The notes under the pieces are model-generated. The model saw nothing but the letters and a program-made list of their open reading frames with translations. It was not told the origin of the DNA and searched no databases. 64,000 bases of DNA from Blepharisma stoltei ATCC 30299 (lineage: Eukaryota; Protista; Ciliophora). Position 1 is the stretch's first letter. Each line of letters begins with the position of its first letter. Below are positions 44,323-55,902 of this stretch, one piece after another. Position numbers and translations under genes: made by a program. Location: NCBI GenBank assembly GCA_965603825.1, contig CBFDEM010000005.1, forward strand, positions 248,001-312,000, in the 5' to 3' direction.

Positions 44323-46965
44323 CTAAAAAGAATCAACAAATTCTTGAATGCTCTCAAACTCTTTTCTTAACTGGATAAGCATTCTATTCGTCACCTTGAT
44401 TTTCATCATATCATTAATAAACTTCTCGTTAAAAACTTCTGGCTGAAACGTCGGAAAGCTTATCGACATCATAATCGTCATAATTTCTTCAAATTTTTTA
44501 TTCAAAATCAACGGTTTTATTTTTTCGATGATTAAAATTGACGCTTTTAATATAATTTTTCACCCTTTCTATATAAAAATTACATATAAAAACTGGTCCC
44601 ATAACTGTAATAAAAGTGCAGGTCTTTGGTTCAGCAGCCCTGCGAATATTGTAATAAATCAAGAAGAGGAGTAGTGGCTGGAATTTATTGTTTCTGAGTT
44701 AAAAACCAAGTGAGTGTCAGGAGAGATTAAGGATATAAGCCTATCTAAAGAAAAGAAAAAATACTTTAGTTTGGGGAGATCTTGAGAATATAGATCTTCC
44801 ATCTTCATATTCCTTATCATTTCATCTAAACACCAGAATGTAGTTTCTTCATCTTGAAATACAGAATATAAAGTCCCTGCTATGTAGTTCATCCCTTGGC
44901 AATATCCAATATCTATCCTATAGCAGGCATAGGCTCTGAGTATTTGTTTGACGATATCTGAGTTAACTCTTGAATTTCCTGAGTAAGTTCGCAGCATATC
45001 CATAGAAATAACGTCTTCAAGCTCCTTTATGGAGTTTCTGTTACTATGAAGGTGCTCTAATACCTCTGAATACTTGCGTCTTGGGTGATAGAGTAATGAT
45101 TTTCAAGCTAATTTCCTGACTGGATAAATCTTGTCTTCGAGCAATGCTTTCTTATATATTTGAGCTTTTAGGATTATATTCCACGACTTACAAACTTCAA
45201 GCAGAGTGAAATAATCATTTTTAGTAAGAAAATCCAATGTAAGGCCTATAAACATATTTTCTCCTCATATTGCTCTTTCAGTTGTGCGTTCTTTAATAGA
45301 TTTGGCATAGCCTCTTTCACTTATAGTAAATCCTGGCTTAAGACCATGCAATTCATATAAAATTGATAACACTTTTTTTTTCTCAAGTCCTGATTTTTTC
45401 GCAGCTTCCATAATCAAGTTTGTAGCTATATCACAATCTGTGTTTAGGTTTATCATATAAAATATAAACTCATTCAAAATTTGGCTTGCAGAACTTTTTT
45501 CAACAGTTTTAATCGAGAATTTCTTATAGTATGGGTCTCACTTTTTCTTTGTGCGTCTTAATTTCTTTTTATTTCTATGGAAATTTTCGTTTTCTGTTAT
45601 AATTTTCGAATTTATTGCTCTATCAATCGTTTTCGATCAAATTTTTCTATCTTGAAATTTATCATTTGCTAAAAATTTAAACAAATAGCTCCGAGCTCCA
45701 TCTAGCGTATAAAAATTGTGAGATAAAATAACAATTTTATAAAAAGCTACTATATCAGAGTCGATTTCTGGGTTAAGATTTTCTAAAACTGAGTTCACAA
45801 TTGTAGAAAGCGTCACGATATTATAAGGCTCTATGAATGCAGAATATTTCCTAGTCTCCAAAATTTCACAAAACATTATCCTTCCTTCAGGACTCCTAAT
45901 AATTTCATTAATTGGATCATTCCCATTATCATCAAATGGGGATGCCTGCAGCATCGGACTATCATCACATGTATAAAAGTCTGCTGATTTTTTCCTTTCT
46001 CTAGGAATAATCGCATACAGCTTTGACTTAATAATTGCCACGTTGTCTTGCATTGGCTCATATGGAATATTCGAAGAAATATAAGAATCTTCTATGCTAA
46101 GAGGATCTTGCCCTTTTTCTTTCATTTGTGCTTTTCAGCCTTCATAGGTTATTCATTCTTCTCTTGGGACTTCTTTTAAGGATCCTAAACAATCCTTTTC
46201 GAAGTTATTTAAATCATCTTTTATTGAAATTTCTGAAAGCGACTGCGATACATTTTCTGCTAATTTATTTAAAAATTGAGCATGTTGCTGCTCGGTTTTT
46301 GCGAATTTTTCGATCATTCCTTTGATAAAAATAAGCCGGCTTTCTTCATTTGCTTTTAATGAGTTGGAGATGTCTCTTCTAACTATGTCGTATTCAGTTC
46401 ATTGTTTTCGCTCTTCAGCTAATGAAGCGAAGTAGTTTTCATTAGCAACTTCTGCATGAGTTTTCATTTCTTTCGCATTTAATGCGGCTAATTCCATTCT
46501 CTTTTTTTCGTGCTCTAAATTCAGCATAATTTCTGCTTTTTCTTGTTTTGTGTGCGCTTTTAGATACTCGTTTCTCATTTTATATACATTTTCTCTGGCT
46601 TTAGTTAACTTGTGTGCAGCTTTTTTACCCTTCTCGATCAGTGAATAATGATGCAATGAAAAACTTTCTTTAAAAAGCTCTAAGGCTTCAATAAATTTTG
46701 TATCGATTTTTCTATATAAATTTTACTTCGCAATTAATAGGTTTTGGCTTGATATTGATTTGACTACAGAATTAAACGCGGCAAGCGCAAAAGAAATCGT
46801 TGCAGAACTTTCGGTAACATCTAAATCTTCGGCAATATCGTTAAACAGTACTGCAATGCTATCTTTGACATGTCTATAGCCTTTGAAAAATGATGTTAGC
46901 TCATTTAAACTTTCGATGCTTTTTTGAAGGAAAAATTCCGGAATTTTATAGCTTTCAAAATCCAT
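44323..46965 (-). CDS. Rab-GAP TBC-domain protein with N-terminal F-BAR-like coiled coil and an F-box-like motif (about 870 aa; two 15-nt introns)
   Basis: ISMDMLRTY, ILRAYACY...IGYCQGMNYIAG, SS-W(TGA)-FITIF, LWDQFLY|KG-W(TGA)-KII. All fragments share one frame. Confidence 0.88.
44569..44583 (-). other. 15-nt intron GTAATTTTTATATAG (TBC gene)
   Basis: Removes an in-frame TAG and restores the TBC motif WDQFLY-KGW. Confidence 0.9.
46712..46726 (-). other. 15-nt intron GTAAAATTTATATAG (TBC gene)
   Basis: Removes an in-frame TAA and joins same-frame ORFs. Confidence 0.88.
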
Positions 46966-47041
46966 AATTTTCTTATTAATTTATTCGCCTAATTGAATCA
47001 AAAATTTAATTATATTTAAAAAATAAAATAGCTTTAAAATA

Positions 47042-47857
47042 ATGATAAGAAATCCATTGGAATGGTCCGTTAGCGATGTTGTCCATTGACTTCAAGTAAT
47101 AAATTGCTCTGGAGCTCAAGAAGTTTTTATGTATCATGGAGTTGAAGGTAAAGATTTATTGCAGCTCACAGACTCAGATTTACGCTTTGATTTTAAGTTT
47201 AAACGAATTCATGATCGCAAATATATTTTAAGAAAAATCCAGGAATTAAAAAATATAAATTCTGCAGTGATTGAAGTACAATTTCGGGACCAAACCTGCT
47301 CAGTTCGAATTTCTGATCTTCAGTCTTATACATTTGAAAATCTTAGAAAAGATGCTGCAAGATATTTTGGAATAGATGAAGAAAAAGCTATTATTCAAGA
47401 TAGGCATGGATTAGTATGGGGAAGTATAAGCGTTGCTTGTATTTTTGATAGCAATTTAAGGCAAGAAGAAGCCTTATATTTGCAATTAATTGAAGAGGCA
47501 AATAATAGGCAAAGCTCTCCTGAAAATCAGGCAGCACTCAGTCAAAACGAAGAAGATTTCAATGAAGATAATCCTTTTCATGAGACTTCAAAATCAATAG
47601 AAGAATCCAGCCCTTGGGCTGTTAAAGAAGAAATGGCCTCAAGAGAAGAAAGCCAAGAGCAAAGGAAAAGGAGAAATAAAAGATCCCAAAATCCAAGCTC
47701 TGGTGGATCAGCAAATAAAACAGGAAAAAACTCATCATTAATTAATCCGAAAAATGCTGCTAGCAATTCAGGATCAGAAAGAAGTGGAAGATCCAATAGA
47801 TTAAATGAAGATGAGGAAGAACTAAGAAGTGTGTTGAAAATTATAAAAAAAAGCTAA
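47042..47857 (+). CDS. SAM-domain protein (271 aa)
   Basis: ATG 47042. PLEWSVSDVVH-W(TGA)-LQVI...F..HGVEGKDLLQLTDSDL...IHDRKYILRKIQEL matches the SAM consensus. Confidence 0.88.
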
Positions 47858-48080
47858 AATTTAATTAAGTTTATTTAAATTTTTAATTAAATTCAGAGAT
47901 TTAAATAAAAATGAGTATTGATTAGCTCTTATATTTTTTGAAGGTATAAGAGATGTTTAAGACAGTTCATTAAACAAATCGACCTTATTTTAATTAATTT
48001 GGATAACTTTGGATTTTCCTATAATAAAAATCCTGAAATTTACTTTTTTTTAAAGTTATGTGAATATCTATACTATTGAA

Positions 48081-49469
48081 TTAATTTATCCCACCAGCAG
48101 TTTCTACACAAAATACTACGAGCCCAATCAACCCAAAAATCGAAGCTAAAGCCATTATAGCCCAGCACAGAACGAGAGTCATTTTACCGGTTTTGCCTCT
48201 GAATGTCTTAATGTAAAATCAGCAAGGCAAAATAAAGCATACGATAGGGCTTAATGTAGATCCTAATACAGTCACTATCACCCTAATATTTGGAATAGCA
48301 AGAGAAATCCCCATAGCTGATAATAGCATTATAGCAGTAATAAACATATGATTTTTTGAGGAAACTGGCTTTTCTCCCCAAACAAATGAAAATATGGCTT
48401 GCCTGCATGGATAAAACGACAATGGACAACCAGTTAGTGCAATAGCAAGTGTTGCACAGGTCGCCTAAATAAAGTTTACAAGTATCATCACAACGTTCCC
48501 ATTTTCATAGTCCCCATTTAAAATTTCATCAGGAAAGTCAAGGGTTGAATATTCTTTGTAAAAAGTAAGATATCCAAATATCCCGATTAATAAGTAAAGT
48601 CCTAACGCCATACCTAAGCTTCTATTTAAAACTTTAAATCCTCTAGTTGTGGTTTTTCTTTGAAGTTCTTCATATATAGGAAGAGCATAAGGCTGAGAAG
48701 TAAAGGCAAAAATTATGATAGGAAAGACTTCAAAAACGGTTCAAGAAGTTTTCATTTCTGTGGCTTCTGATATTCGTTCTCCGCAACTCCCAAATCTCAT
48801 ACTGAAAAAAGTAAAGGTGATGGCAAAACATAAATAAACCAACGAAAAAAAGCAAATAGTTGATGTGTATTTTAATGAAGTCATCTGCTTAAATAAGCAT
48901 AAAGGGAAAACTATGAATAAAGTAATTATGCAGCCCCACAAATACTCGCTTTGTAATACGTCATTATCTGTACCGATTCTTTTTAAAATCAGTGGAACCA
49001 AACTTTTCAGCAGCACTAAAAAGGTGACAGCAGCACCATAGTTGCTTATAATCAAACTAATCTCTGTAAATACCTTCATTTTAGTCCCAAATAGCCTTTC
49101 CCCTATCATATTATAAGTATCTAGCCCAAGATTTTCGGCAACAATAATAAGTAATTGCGATGCAATAAGACTACACATCATTCCAATAATGATTAAAATA
49201 ATTCCAAAATAAAATCCAGCAAGATTAACAGCATACGGCAATAAAAGAATTCCAGCTCCCATTGTTGACGCCAAAATATTAAAAATACTGCTCTTCATCG
49301 ACCCAGGGCTGAATTTTTCTCTTAAGAAATTTGCTGGTTTTTTTAAAATATAGATGAGCCTATCTGTTCTTGTAATGGCTCTATGTTTTTTTGTTCCAAG
49401 TTCTTCTAATATTGAGACCCTTAATTCTGAGCTATCTTCGGTGTTATCTTCATCAAGAACGATGCTCAT
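48081..49469 (-). CDS. Amino-acid transporter, AAAP/SLC38-like (about 457 aa; one 15-nt intron)
   Basis: SIFNILASTMGAGILLLPYA, PLCLFKQMTSLKYTS, PIIIFAFTSQ..LPIYEEL, GIFGYLTF, CFILPC-W(TGA); ends TAA 48081-48083. Confidence 0.92.
48465..48479 (-). other. 15-nt intron GTAAACTTTATTTAG (transporter)
   Basis: Removes an in-frame TAG from an otherwise continuous TM protein. Confidence 0.9.
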
Positions 49470-49485
49470 ATTAAAATCCTATTAA

Positions 49486-50023
49486 TTATTTTTTTGATAA
49501 CTATGCTAGAATTTACATGTGAAATTATATCAACCCAATCATGCCCTCTTTGAAGCTCACCATTAGCATTCATAAACTTATATTGTTTTCGCTTTTGAGA
49601 TTTCGATAAACCAGACTGTTTTGGCTTACTGACAAATTCTTCTTCATATTCATCAATAACTGGATTTAATAATTCATCAACGATTCCTCAGTTATCTAAA
49701 TTGTCTTTTAGCGAGACATACACATTAAAAGTAGCTGGACCTCCTGCGTTTTCTTCAGCCTACTTTTATAATACGATTTTTGCAATTTTTTGAGTAAGAT
49801 CATCCTTTGTATTTTGGCTCAGCCGGTTGTCTGAAATAGTGAAAATCAAAGGATTTGTCGGGTAATTTTCTGGCCAAATGATTTCAAAGCTGATAAATGG
49901 TCGAGTTTCTAGCTGTGGGATTGGGATTTGGAGCTCTAATAAATTCCCATCCTGTCTGACAAATTCTCCTTCCATAAGCATGAACTGAAGTGCCTCTAGT
50001 TCTTCCAGCTGCTCAGCATTCAT
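49486..50023 (-). CDS. RWDD4: RWD-domain protein, RWDD4-like (two introns, 15 and 16 nt)
   Basis: EQLEELEAL, WPENYP, AEENAG, and C-terminal LSKSQKRK...GELQRGHDWVDIISH|LSKK*, which resembles the RWDD4 tail as recalled. Confidence 0.8.
49501..49516 (-). other. 16-nt intron GTAAATTCTAGCATAG (RWDD4-like)
   Basis: Splicing yields H-LSKK* and a stop before the next gene. Without splicing, the frame runs into the transporter CDS. Confidence 0.7.
49760..49774 (-). other. 15-nt intron GTATTATAAAAGTAG (RWDD4-like)
   Basis: Removes in-frame TAA and TAG codons and restores KI-AEENAG. Confidence 0.88.
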
Positions 50024-50065
50024 TTAATAAAGCCAAAATTAAATGTGAAAAATTATTTATCCAAA

Positions 50066-51685
50066 TTAATAGTCATTAAATGCACCATCATTTTCTTCGG
50101 TCCCTTGCAAATCAAGGACTTCATTTTGGAATTGATAGAATCTTCTGCTTAAAAGTCCTTCAGTATTAATATCAGAACTGAAAGTATTAAGCTTTGCTTG
50201 CAACTCCCTTATCCCTTCAATTTTTCTTTCCAAAATTCTATTCAAGCTCCCTACATAGTCCTCAACATCGCTTCCAGGCTTATCTACATTATTCAGCAGT
50301 ATCATTTCTTCTTTAACAATGTCCACAATAGTATCGATATGCTGCTTATGAGACGTTATCAGCTCTTCTTCTTCGTTTAATATTTTGGCTATCAGTTTTT
50401 CATGAGTTTCTGACATTTCTTGTAAATCTTGCTCATTCATGGCTCTCCAATTTGGGTTCAAATATTTACCTAAGCTATCTTCTGTTGTAGAAGAACGAGA
50501 CCTGGTCGCTAAAAGTCGGTTTGCCCCTGTAGGCTGAGAATTGACTTTAGCTGTTTGTGGCTTCTTTTTTTCTTGGACTTTGGTAACAGTAGCTAATTAT
50601 AAATTACATGGCTTTCTAGGCAATAATAAAGAGTCAGCTAGAATATCTTGAACTCCTCTGGGCGATTTGTTGCCTTTTTTCAATTCTTTGACTCGATCTG
50701 CATATCTGAGTGTGTTTAGAGTATGCTCAACATCTCCAGAGGATGGTGAAATATTTGCAATCATAACGGTTTTGCTCTTTCCTGTAAAACTGTCTTTAAG
50801 GACTTGTGTCAGAATGCTTCCTCTGAAAGGGGTATGCTTTTTATCTTGATCTAGTGCTCTTATGCACTCTTTAAGAGCAAGTAGACTTTTATTGATTTCT
50901 GCACCATCAATCCTGGTTTGCTTTGAGTTGTCAACTGTGTCTGCACCTCTTTCACTACCAGCTAAATCAATAAATGAGACTTTCCCTACCAATTTTCGGC
51001 CGAGTTTCAAGCTGATATTCAGCACTGCGTGAGATCTTGAAGATTCATCATTGGCTCCTGTAACTCCTACAACTCTGTTTGATAGCCCAAAACCGATGAT
51101 TCTCATTAAATCTTCTACTGTGCTAACTTCGGTTTCCATTAGTCCTACAATATTGACTTTTTGGTTAGCATCTTCTCTAGCTACAAGCTGCTGTCTTTCA
51201 TTAAGCAAATCATGAATTTTCGCACAGTAAATCTCATAGAAAGAAATCAGAATTTTCAGCTTGTGGGAGTTTGCACTAACCCTTTCAAAAACATCTTGAG
51301 AAGCAAGCAGATAAAGTCCTGGCACACGAGATTCCCCTAGCATTGTATAAGTCTTGCCAGATCCTGTTTGCCCATATGCAAAACAAGTGATATGTGAGCC
51401 TTCAAAAGCAGCTGAGATAAGTGGCTGAATACAAAATTGGTAAATCTAAGTAGAAATTACTTCTTGGTTAGTTGCAGTTTCATCGTACACTTGGTCATAT
51501 AAGAAGTTATGGCCTTCTGTGAATTTGGTGAGATCCACTTTTTGTCTAAATAAAGATTACTTGTCTTCTCGCACTATAAGTGATTCTCTGGATGTGATAT
51601 CAACGATATCGGTTTCTTTTTTTTTGATTTCGCTAGCTGTAAGAGGACGCTTGCGTACTATGACTTGAATTTTCGGTCTATCCAT
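50066..51685 (-). CDS. Kinesin-13 (MCAK/KIF2/KIF24-like) microtubule depolymerase (524 aa; three 15-nt introns)
   Basis: [77 protein letters not shown]; KVD and KEC are kinesin-13 hallmarks. Confidence 0.95.
50593..50607 (-). other. 15-nt intron GTAATTTATAATTAG (kinesin-13)
   Basis: Removes an in-frame TAA. Confidence 0.88.
51446..51460 (-). other. 15-nt intron GTAATTTCTACTTAG (kinesin-13)
   Basis: Removes an in-frame TAG and restores NQE-IYQ. Confidence 0.92.
51546..51560 (-). other. 15-nt intron GTAATCTTTATTTAG (kinesin-13)
   Basis: Removes an in-frame TAA and restores EDK-QKVDLTK. Confidence 0.92.
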
Positions 51686-51770
51686 TTTCAAATTACAAAA
51701 ATAGTCTCATTACTGTCGATATGAGAAGCAAGCAAATTAATTTAATTAGATTTTAATTAAGATGTAAATT

Positions 51771-53186
51771 CTACAGATCAAGAAGCAATGAGTTGGCCTT
51801 CATATGTCCTGATATATATCTTCCTTGGTATTTTCTCCCATATATGAACGCTCTTTTTTCCACATTGAAATCATCAACAATATGCTTTATATAACTTTTT
51901 TTGAATTTCGGCTCCCTCTCTGTCAATTTATCTTCAAGGCTTTCTATGTCATTTCCTATCTTTTGTCCGATTTCTTTGATTCCTTGCTTTTCTTGCTTTG
52001 TGTTCTCTTCTAATTGCCCACATTTTACTATAACCGCATTAAGACAGTTAATTTCAGAGCTTCTGTTAGGGCTTAAAGATCTTCTCTTTGACGGAGAATG
52101 ACTTGTAGATGCTCAGGTTGATGCTATAGAATACGGATGGGATGACCCTGGAACTGATGTAAGAAAAGTTTTAGCTGGGCTTTGACTGGAGTGATGGAGG
52201 TTGTAATCAAACAAATAGCCTTTTAAATGTGGCACTGAGCTTGTTTTGGTGAATTTAGGGTTCATCCTTTCCTGAAGTCGGCAGCGTCGGCGTGCTGTAA
52301 GGAGCTGTCTTGATGAATAAAATTCTGAAGCTAAATACGATGCATTTTCTGTGTGTGTGAATTGATCTGGTGGAGAGTTTTTGGATTTAGATTTTGCTAT
52401 GATTTTGCAAGCATCCTTTAGTGTGCCTGTGTAAGAGTTTGCAAGAGAACCACCTTTAAACTGCCGTGGATTTACAACCAAAGACTCACTTGAGCTGTGA
52501 GAATAGGAAGGTCTAGTTGTTAGGCATTTGGTTTCATCTCTATCTCTTGTGAGCTCTTGATTGCCTTCAACCAGGATCTGTTTTTTTACTGCTTCTAATA
52601 AATTCCTCGTCGAAACAGTTTTTGTCTGTTTAAGTCTGCTTATATAATCACTAACCTTGTCAGGGTCTTCAGGGAATGCTAAATCATTTTTCAAGCTTTC
52701 TTTGAAGTTCTCTATCATCAGTCCAGTTTTACTTATATTTTTTGTCCCTTTATCCGGGGAATTGCTTATTGCATTTCTTTTTTCATATATACTTACATCA
52801 TCAAATAATTTAAAATTCTTTAAATCAGGCCGTTTGAAATTTCCTTCTGAAGGCAAATGTCTTCTGTGCTTCCTAAACGGTTTCTTTTCATGGTCAACAA
52901 TATGAAAATGCTTGGTATTGTTATCAAGAATATCTTCTTTTTTTTTAGCTTTTGGGGTTGAATTTTCAGATTTTTTGTGTGGGATTTCGATTTTTTTTCT
53001 TTGTGTAAGATTTTGAGAAAGTGCTCTGCTAAAATGCTCTCCATAGTCTTCTGTTATTTGCGATTTATTTTTGAAATCCCAAAAGCGTATGGCAAATGTT
53101 TCTCTTGCTAAGCTCTTTTTCAATAAATTAGTGGCTTCAGCTACGTTTTCATAGGAGATGATGTCTTTTTCTTTAAAGACGTCCAT
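51771..53186 (-). CDS. Hypothetical basic, Ser-rich protein (471 aa)
   Basis: ORF 52113-53186 is extended through TGA to TAG 51771-51773. Confidence 0.7.
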
Positions 53187-53303
53187 TATTATTTAATCAT
53201 TTTTTGATGAAGTTAAACGCAAAATGTAATTAAATTAAGAATAATGTTTATTAGAGCAGAAAATAGATAATGCAAAGAACTGCAATATTCAGAATATTGT
53301 CCT

Positions 53304-53909
53304 TTACACGTTAGCGATTGGAGGAAGTCTTGTCCTTCTGAAAGTTGATTTTTTACAGTCCATTTGGTATGGGTCAATTGCACTGGGCTTGCTCAGAGAT
53401 TCGTCGATTTGTTCCAAACTGATATTTTCAATTCCATCATACATGCTTAAAAAGCGCTTATTTTTCATCAATTTGTTGACGCCTAAATCAAAAATCTGTT
53501 TTTGAACAAGTAAAAGGTCGTTTCTTGCGGTATGATTTCTACTTATTATTGAGTCTAACTTCTTCATGTCATCTTCTAATGATAAGTCCAAAGCAGCAAA
53601 TCTAACTTCAGATTTGATCGGAGTTCTTATATCGGGAGTGGTCGATTTTATTGTAGGGAGCAATGGTGGCTCTACAGATCTAGCACCGTCTTTCAAAAAG
53701 AAGTGTTTTTCTTTTCGTTTTTTCACTGAAAGACTTCTCATTGATTTTTCTCTTTCAATTGAATTAATTTTTTTGGCAATCAAACTGATATTCATGACTG
53801 AACTCTGACTAGGAGAAGTCTGGTCAGAATTTTTTTGATTCAATTGAGATTTATGTCTTCTTTTATGTGGACGGTATATTGCAAGCAGCTGTGCAATTGT
53901 TGACTTCAT
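53304..53909 (-). CDS. Hypothetical protein (201 aa)
   Basis: ATG-to-TAA ORF. Confidence 0.7.
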   Translation of the reverse strand: MKSTIAQLLAIYRPHKRRHKSQLNQKNSDQTSPSQSSVMNISLIAKKINSIEREKSMRSLSVKKRKEKHFFLKDGARSVEPPLLPTIKSTTPDIRTPIKSEVRFAALDLSLEDDMKKLDSIISRNHTARNDLLLVQKQIFDLGVNKLMKNKRFLSMYDGIENISLEQIDESLSKPSAIDPYQMDCKKSTFRRTRLPPIANV

Positions 53910-54096
53910 GATTTATATTTAAGTCAGTTAAATGAGTATGTTTAATATTTATTCTATTTTAAATTCTAGGAGAGATTTGAAATTGAGTGAAAAGTTGTGG
54001 AAAATTTATGATTTTGCGATATCAAAAATATTAGTTTTTAAATTAAATTTCGAAATAAATTATAATGATTTCCAAATTATTTATGAGATTTAACTA

Positions 54097-54591
54097 TTAA
54101 ATTCTCGCATCATTTTCAAGCGATCTTATTGCTTGTCTTAAGATATCAGCATGATCAAACGCAAGTCTATCCAGCCAAGTTAAAACTTCTGCCAAAGGAT
54201 AAAATTGAGCATGCTTAGCATCATCATTGGCAATAGGAACTGCGTCTTCGTCTACATCTATTCTATAAACGATGCTTACTACATGCCCTCTTGGATCTCT
54301 TCGAGGATCTCCAGCAACTGTTATCAAACTTGGGTTTTTACCAATCAAGCCACATTCTTCTTGAAGTTCTCTTAAGCACCCCTGAAGAGGGTCTTCATTA
54401 TAATCGACAAATCCTCCTGGAAATGCATAGTGATCTTTATATGGGTTTCCTCCCCTTATTATCAATAAAACATCGTACTGCCCATCTTGCCTCTTGCGAA
54501 AAACTACAGCATCAGCGGCAACTGAAGGAGTTAAGTTACCATGAGCTCTTGCAGGGAATTTTCTTCCGAATTGATCAAGCTGAACACTCAT
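54097..54591 (-). CDS. Nudix hydrolase, ADP-ribose pyrophosphatase-like (164 aa)
   Basis: Nudix box GGFVDYNEDPLQGCLRELQEECGL; RDPRGHVVS, DDA, LAFDH. Confidence 0.92.
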   Translation of the reverse strand: MSVQLDQFGRKFPARAHGNLTPSVAADAVVFRKRQDGQYDVLLIIRGGNPYKDHYAFPGGFVDYNEDPLQGCLRELQEECGLIGKNPSLITVAGDPRRDPRGHVVSIVYRIDVDEDAVPIANDDAKHAQFYPLAEVLTWLDRLAFDHADILRQAIRSLENDARI

Positions 54592-54638
54592 AACTTAATA
54601 ATTTATATTATTTTAATAAATTGCTCTATTTATGCATT

Positions 54639-55544
54639 TTATTTGCCTTTCTTTTTCTTCTGGGACTCATTGCTCTTTTTCGGCCTCACAGAAAAATTGT
54701 CAGGTGTAAACACAGTTTTTGGCAAATTTGATACAAATGATCCAACGCTAGAATTTAATGATACATCTAATACAAATGAGGTTATAGGTGACACTGGCCA
54801 CAGTGTTTGAGGCCTATCTTCATTAGTTTTTGTAAATAAGGCTTCCTGAACAGATTCATCTATATTACTCACATTAATATTAGGCAAATTTCGTTTGTAC
54901 CTGAAAATTCCATCTTCTTCAAAATTCATAGTTTCATTTATTCTTAATTTAATCCCTCTGAATTTTCTGACCCATCTTACTGCAATCACAAAAATTAGCC
55001 CAATGCTATGAAATCTCAAAAGATACGAAAATTTTTCCAATGATTTAATTTTTTCATGAGCTTGTTTTAAAAGTCTTTCTGATTTCCCTATTCTATTCAT
55101 ATTCAGATAGCAAAAAAGGTTGAAAGGCTCGCTCTTATATTTTTCAATGAAGGATGCCAAGCTTGTAACTAAAGCGTGAAGGGTTTTTAAAGCAAGAGAT
55201 ATTTGTTGTAGAGAAAATTTAGCTGATAAATTAGCTGAGGAAGGAATTTGGATTTTTGTTGATTTTGAAATAGCGCCAACTCTATAGCATTCAATTTTAA
55301 GCTTTTCAATAGAATCGTGCAGAAGTTCTAAAATATGTGAGAGCTCATCTATTACACATAGATCTCTTTGGACATTGACCAAAGATTTGCATAATTTTTT
55401 AAAAGAGTTTTGGACTTCTTTTATATCTCAGTTCAGGTCTTCATTTGTAGATTTCAATTGATTAGAAGTCCCAGATACAGAATACACTTTAGAATTATCT
55501 TGGATGTCAGGATCACTGAAAGCTTGATAGGTACTTAAATTCAT
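54639..55544 (-). CDS. Hypothetical protein (301 aa)
   Basis: ATG 55544, one TGA near 55429, continuing into ORF 54639-55382; ends TAA. Confidence 0.65.
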
Positions 55545-55902
55545 ATTTATAAAATGAATTTAACTTTAATTCTCTCAATCTTAATATATGTGTTTATTAT
55601 AAATTAAAATAATCCAGCTCTTAAGAAATCTTATAGCATTTTTGATTTAAAATTACAAAACTTGCTTACCCTTAATACTTGGATGAATTCAAGATACTAA
55701 AAGAGTCTATCTTTGTTGCCTAATTTTATTATTAGACTTAACCTAGCTAATTTAAATTTTTAAAATAGCTTTTAAGATGTTTTTTAGTCAAAGCCAGAGG
55801 ATAATTTTTTGAAATTGATATTAATTTAAGTACAGAAGATATCAGGATCCAGTTTATTTTCTCTTTTTTCAATTAATATTCAAATATAAAACCAAAAAAT
55901 AA

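Noticed and set aside
52064-52071. TGTTAGGG, matching a heterotrich telomere repeat unit (CCCTAACA)
   Set aside because: A single copy inside a CDS, expected by chance; no telomeric array.
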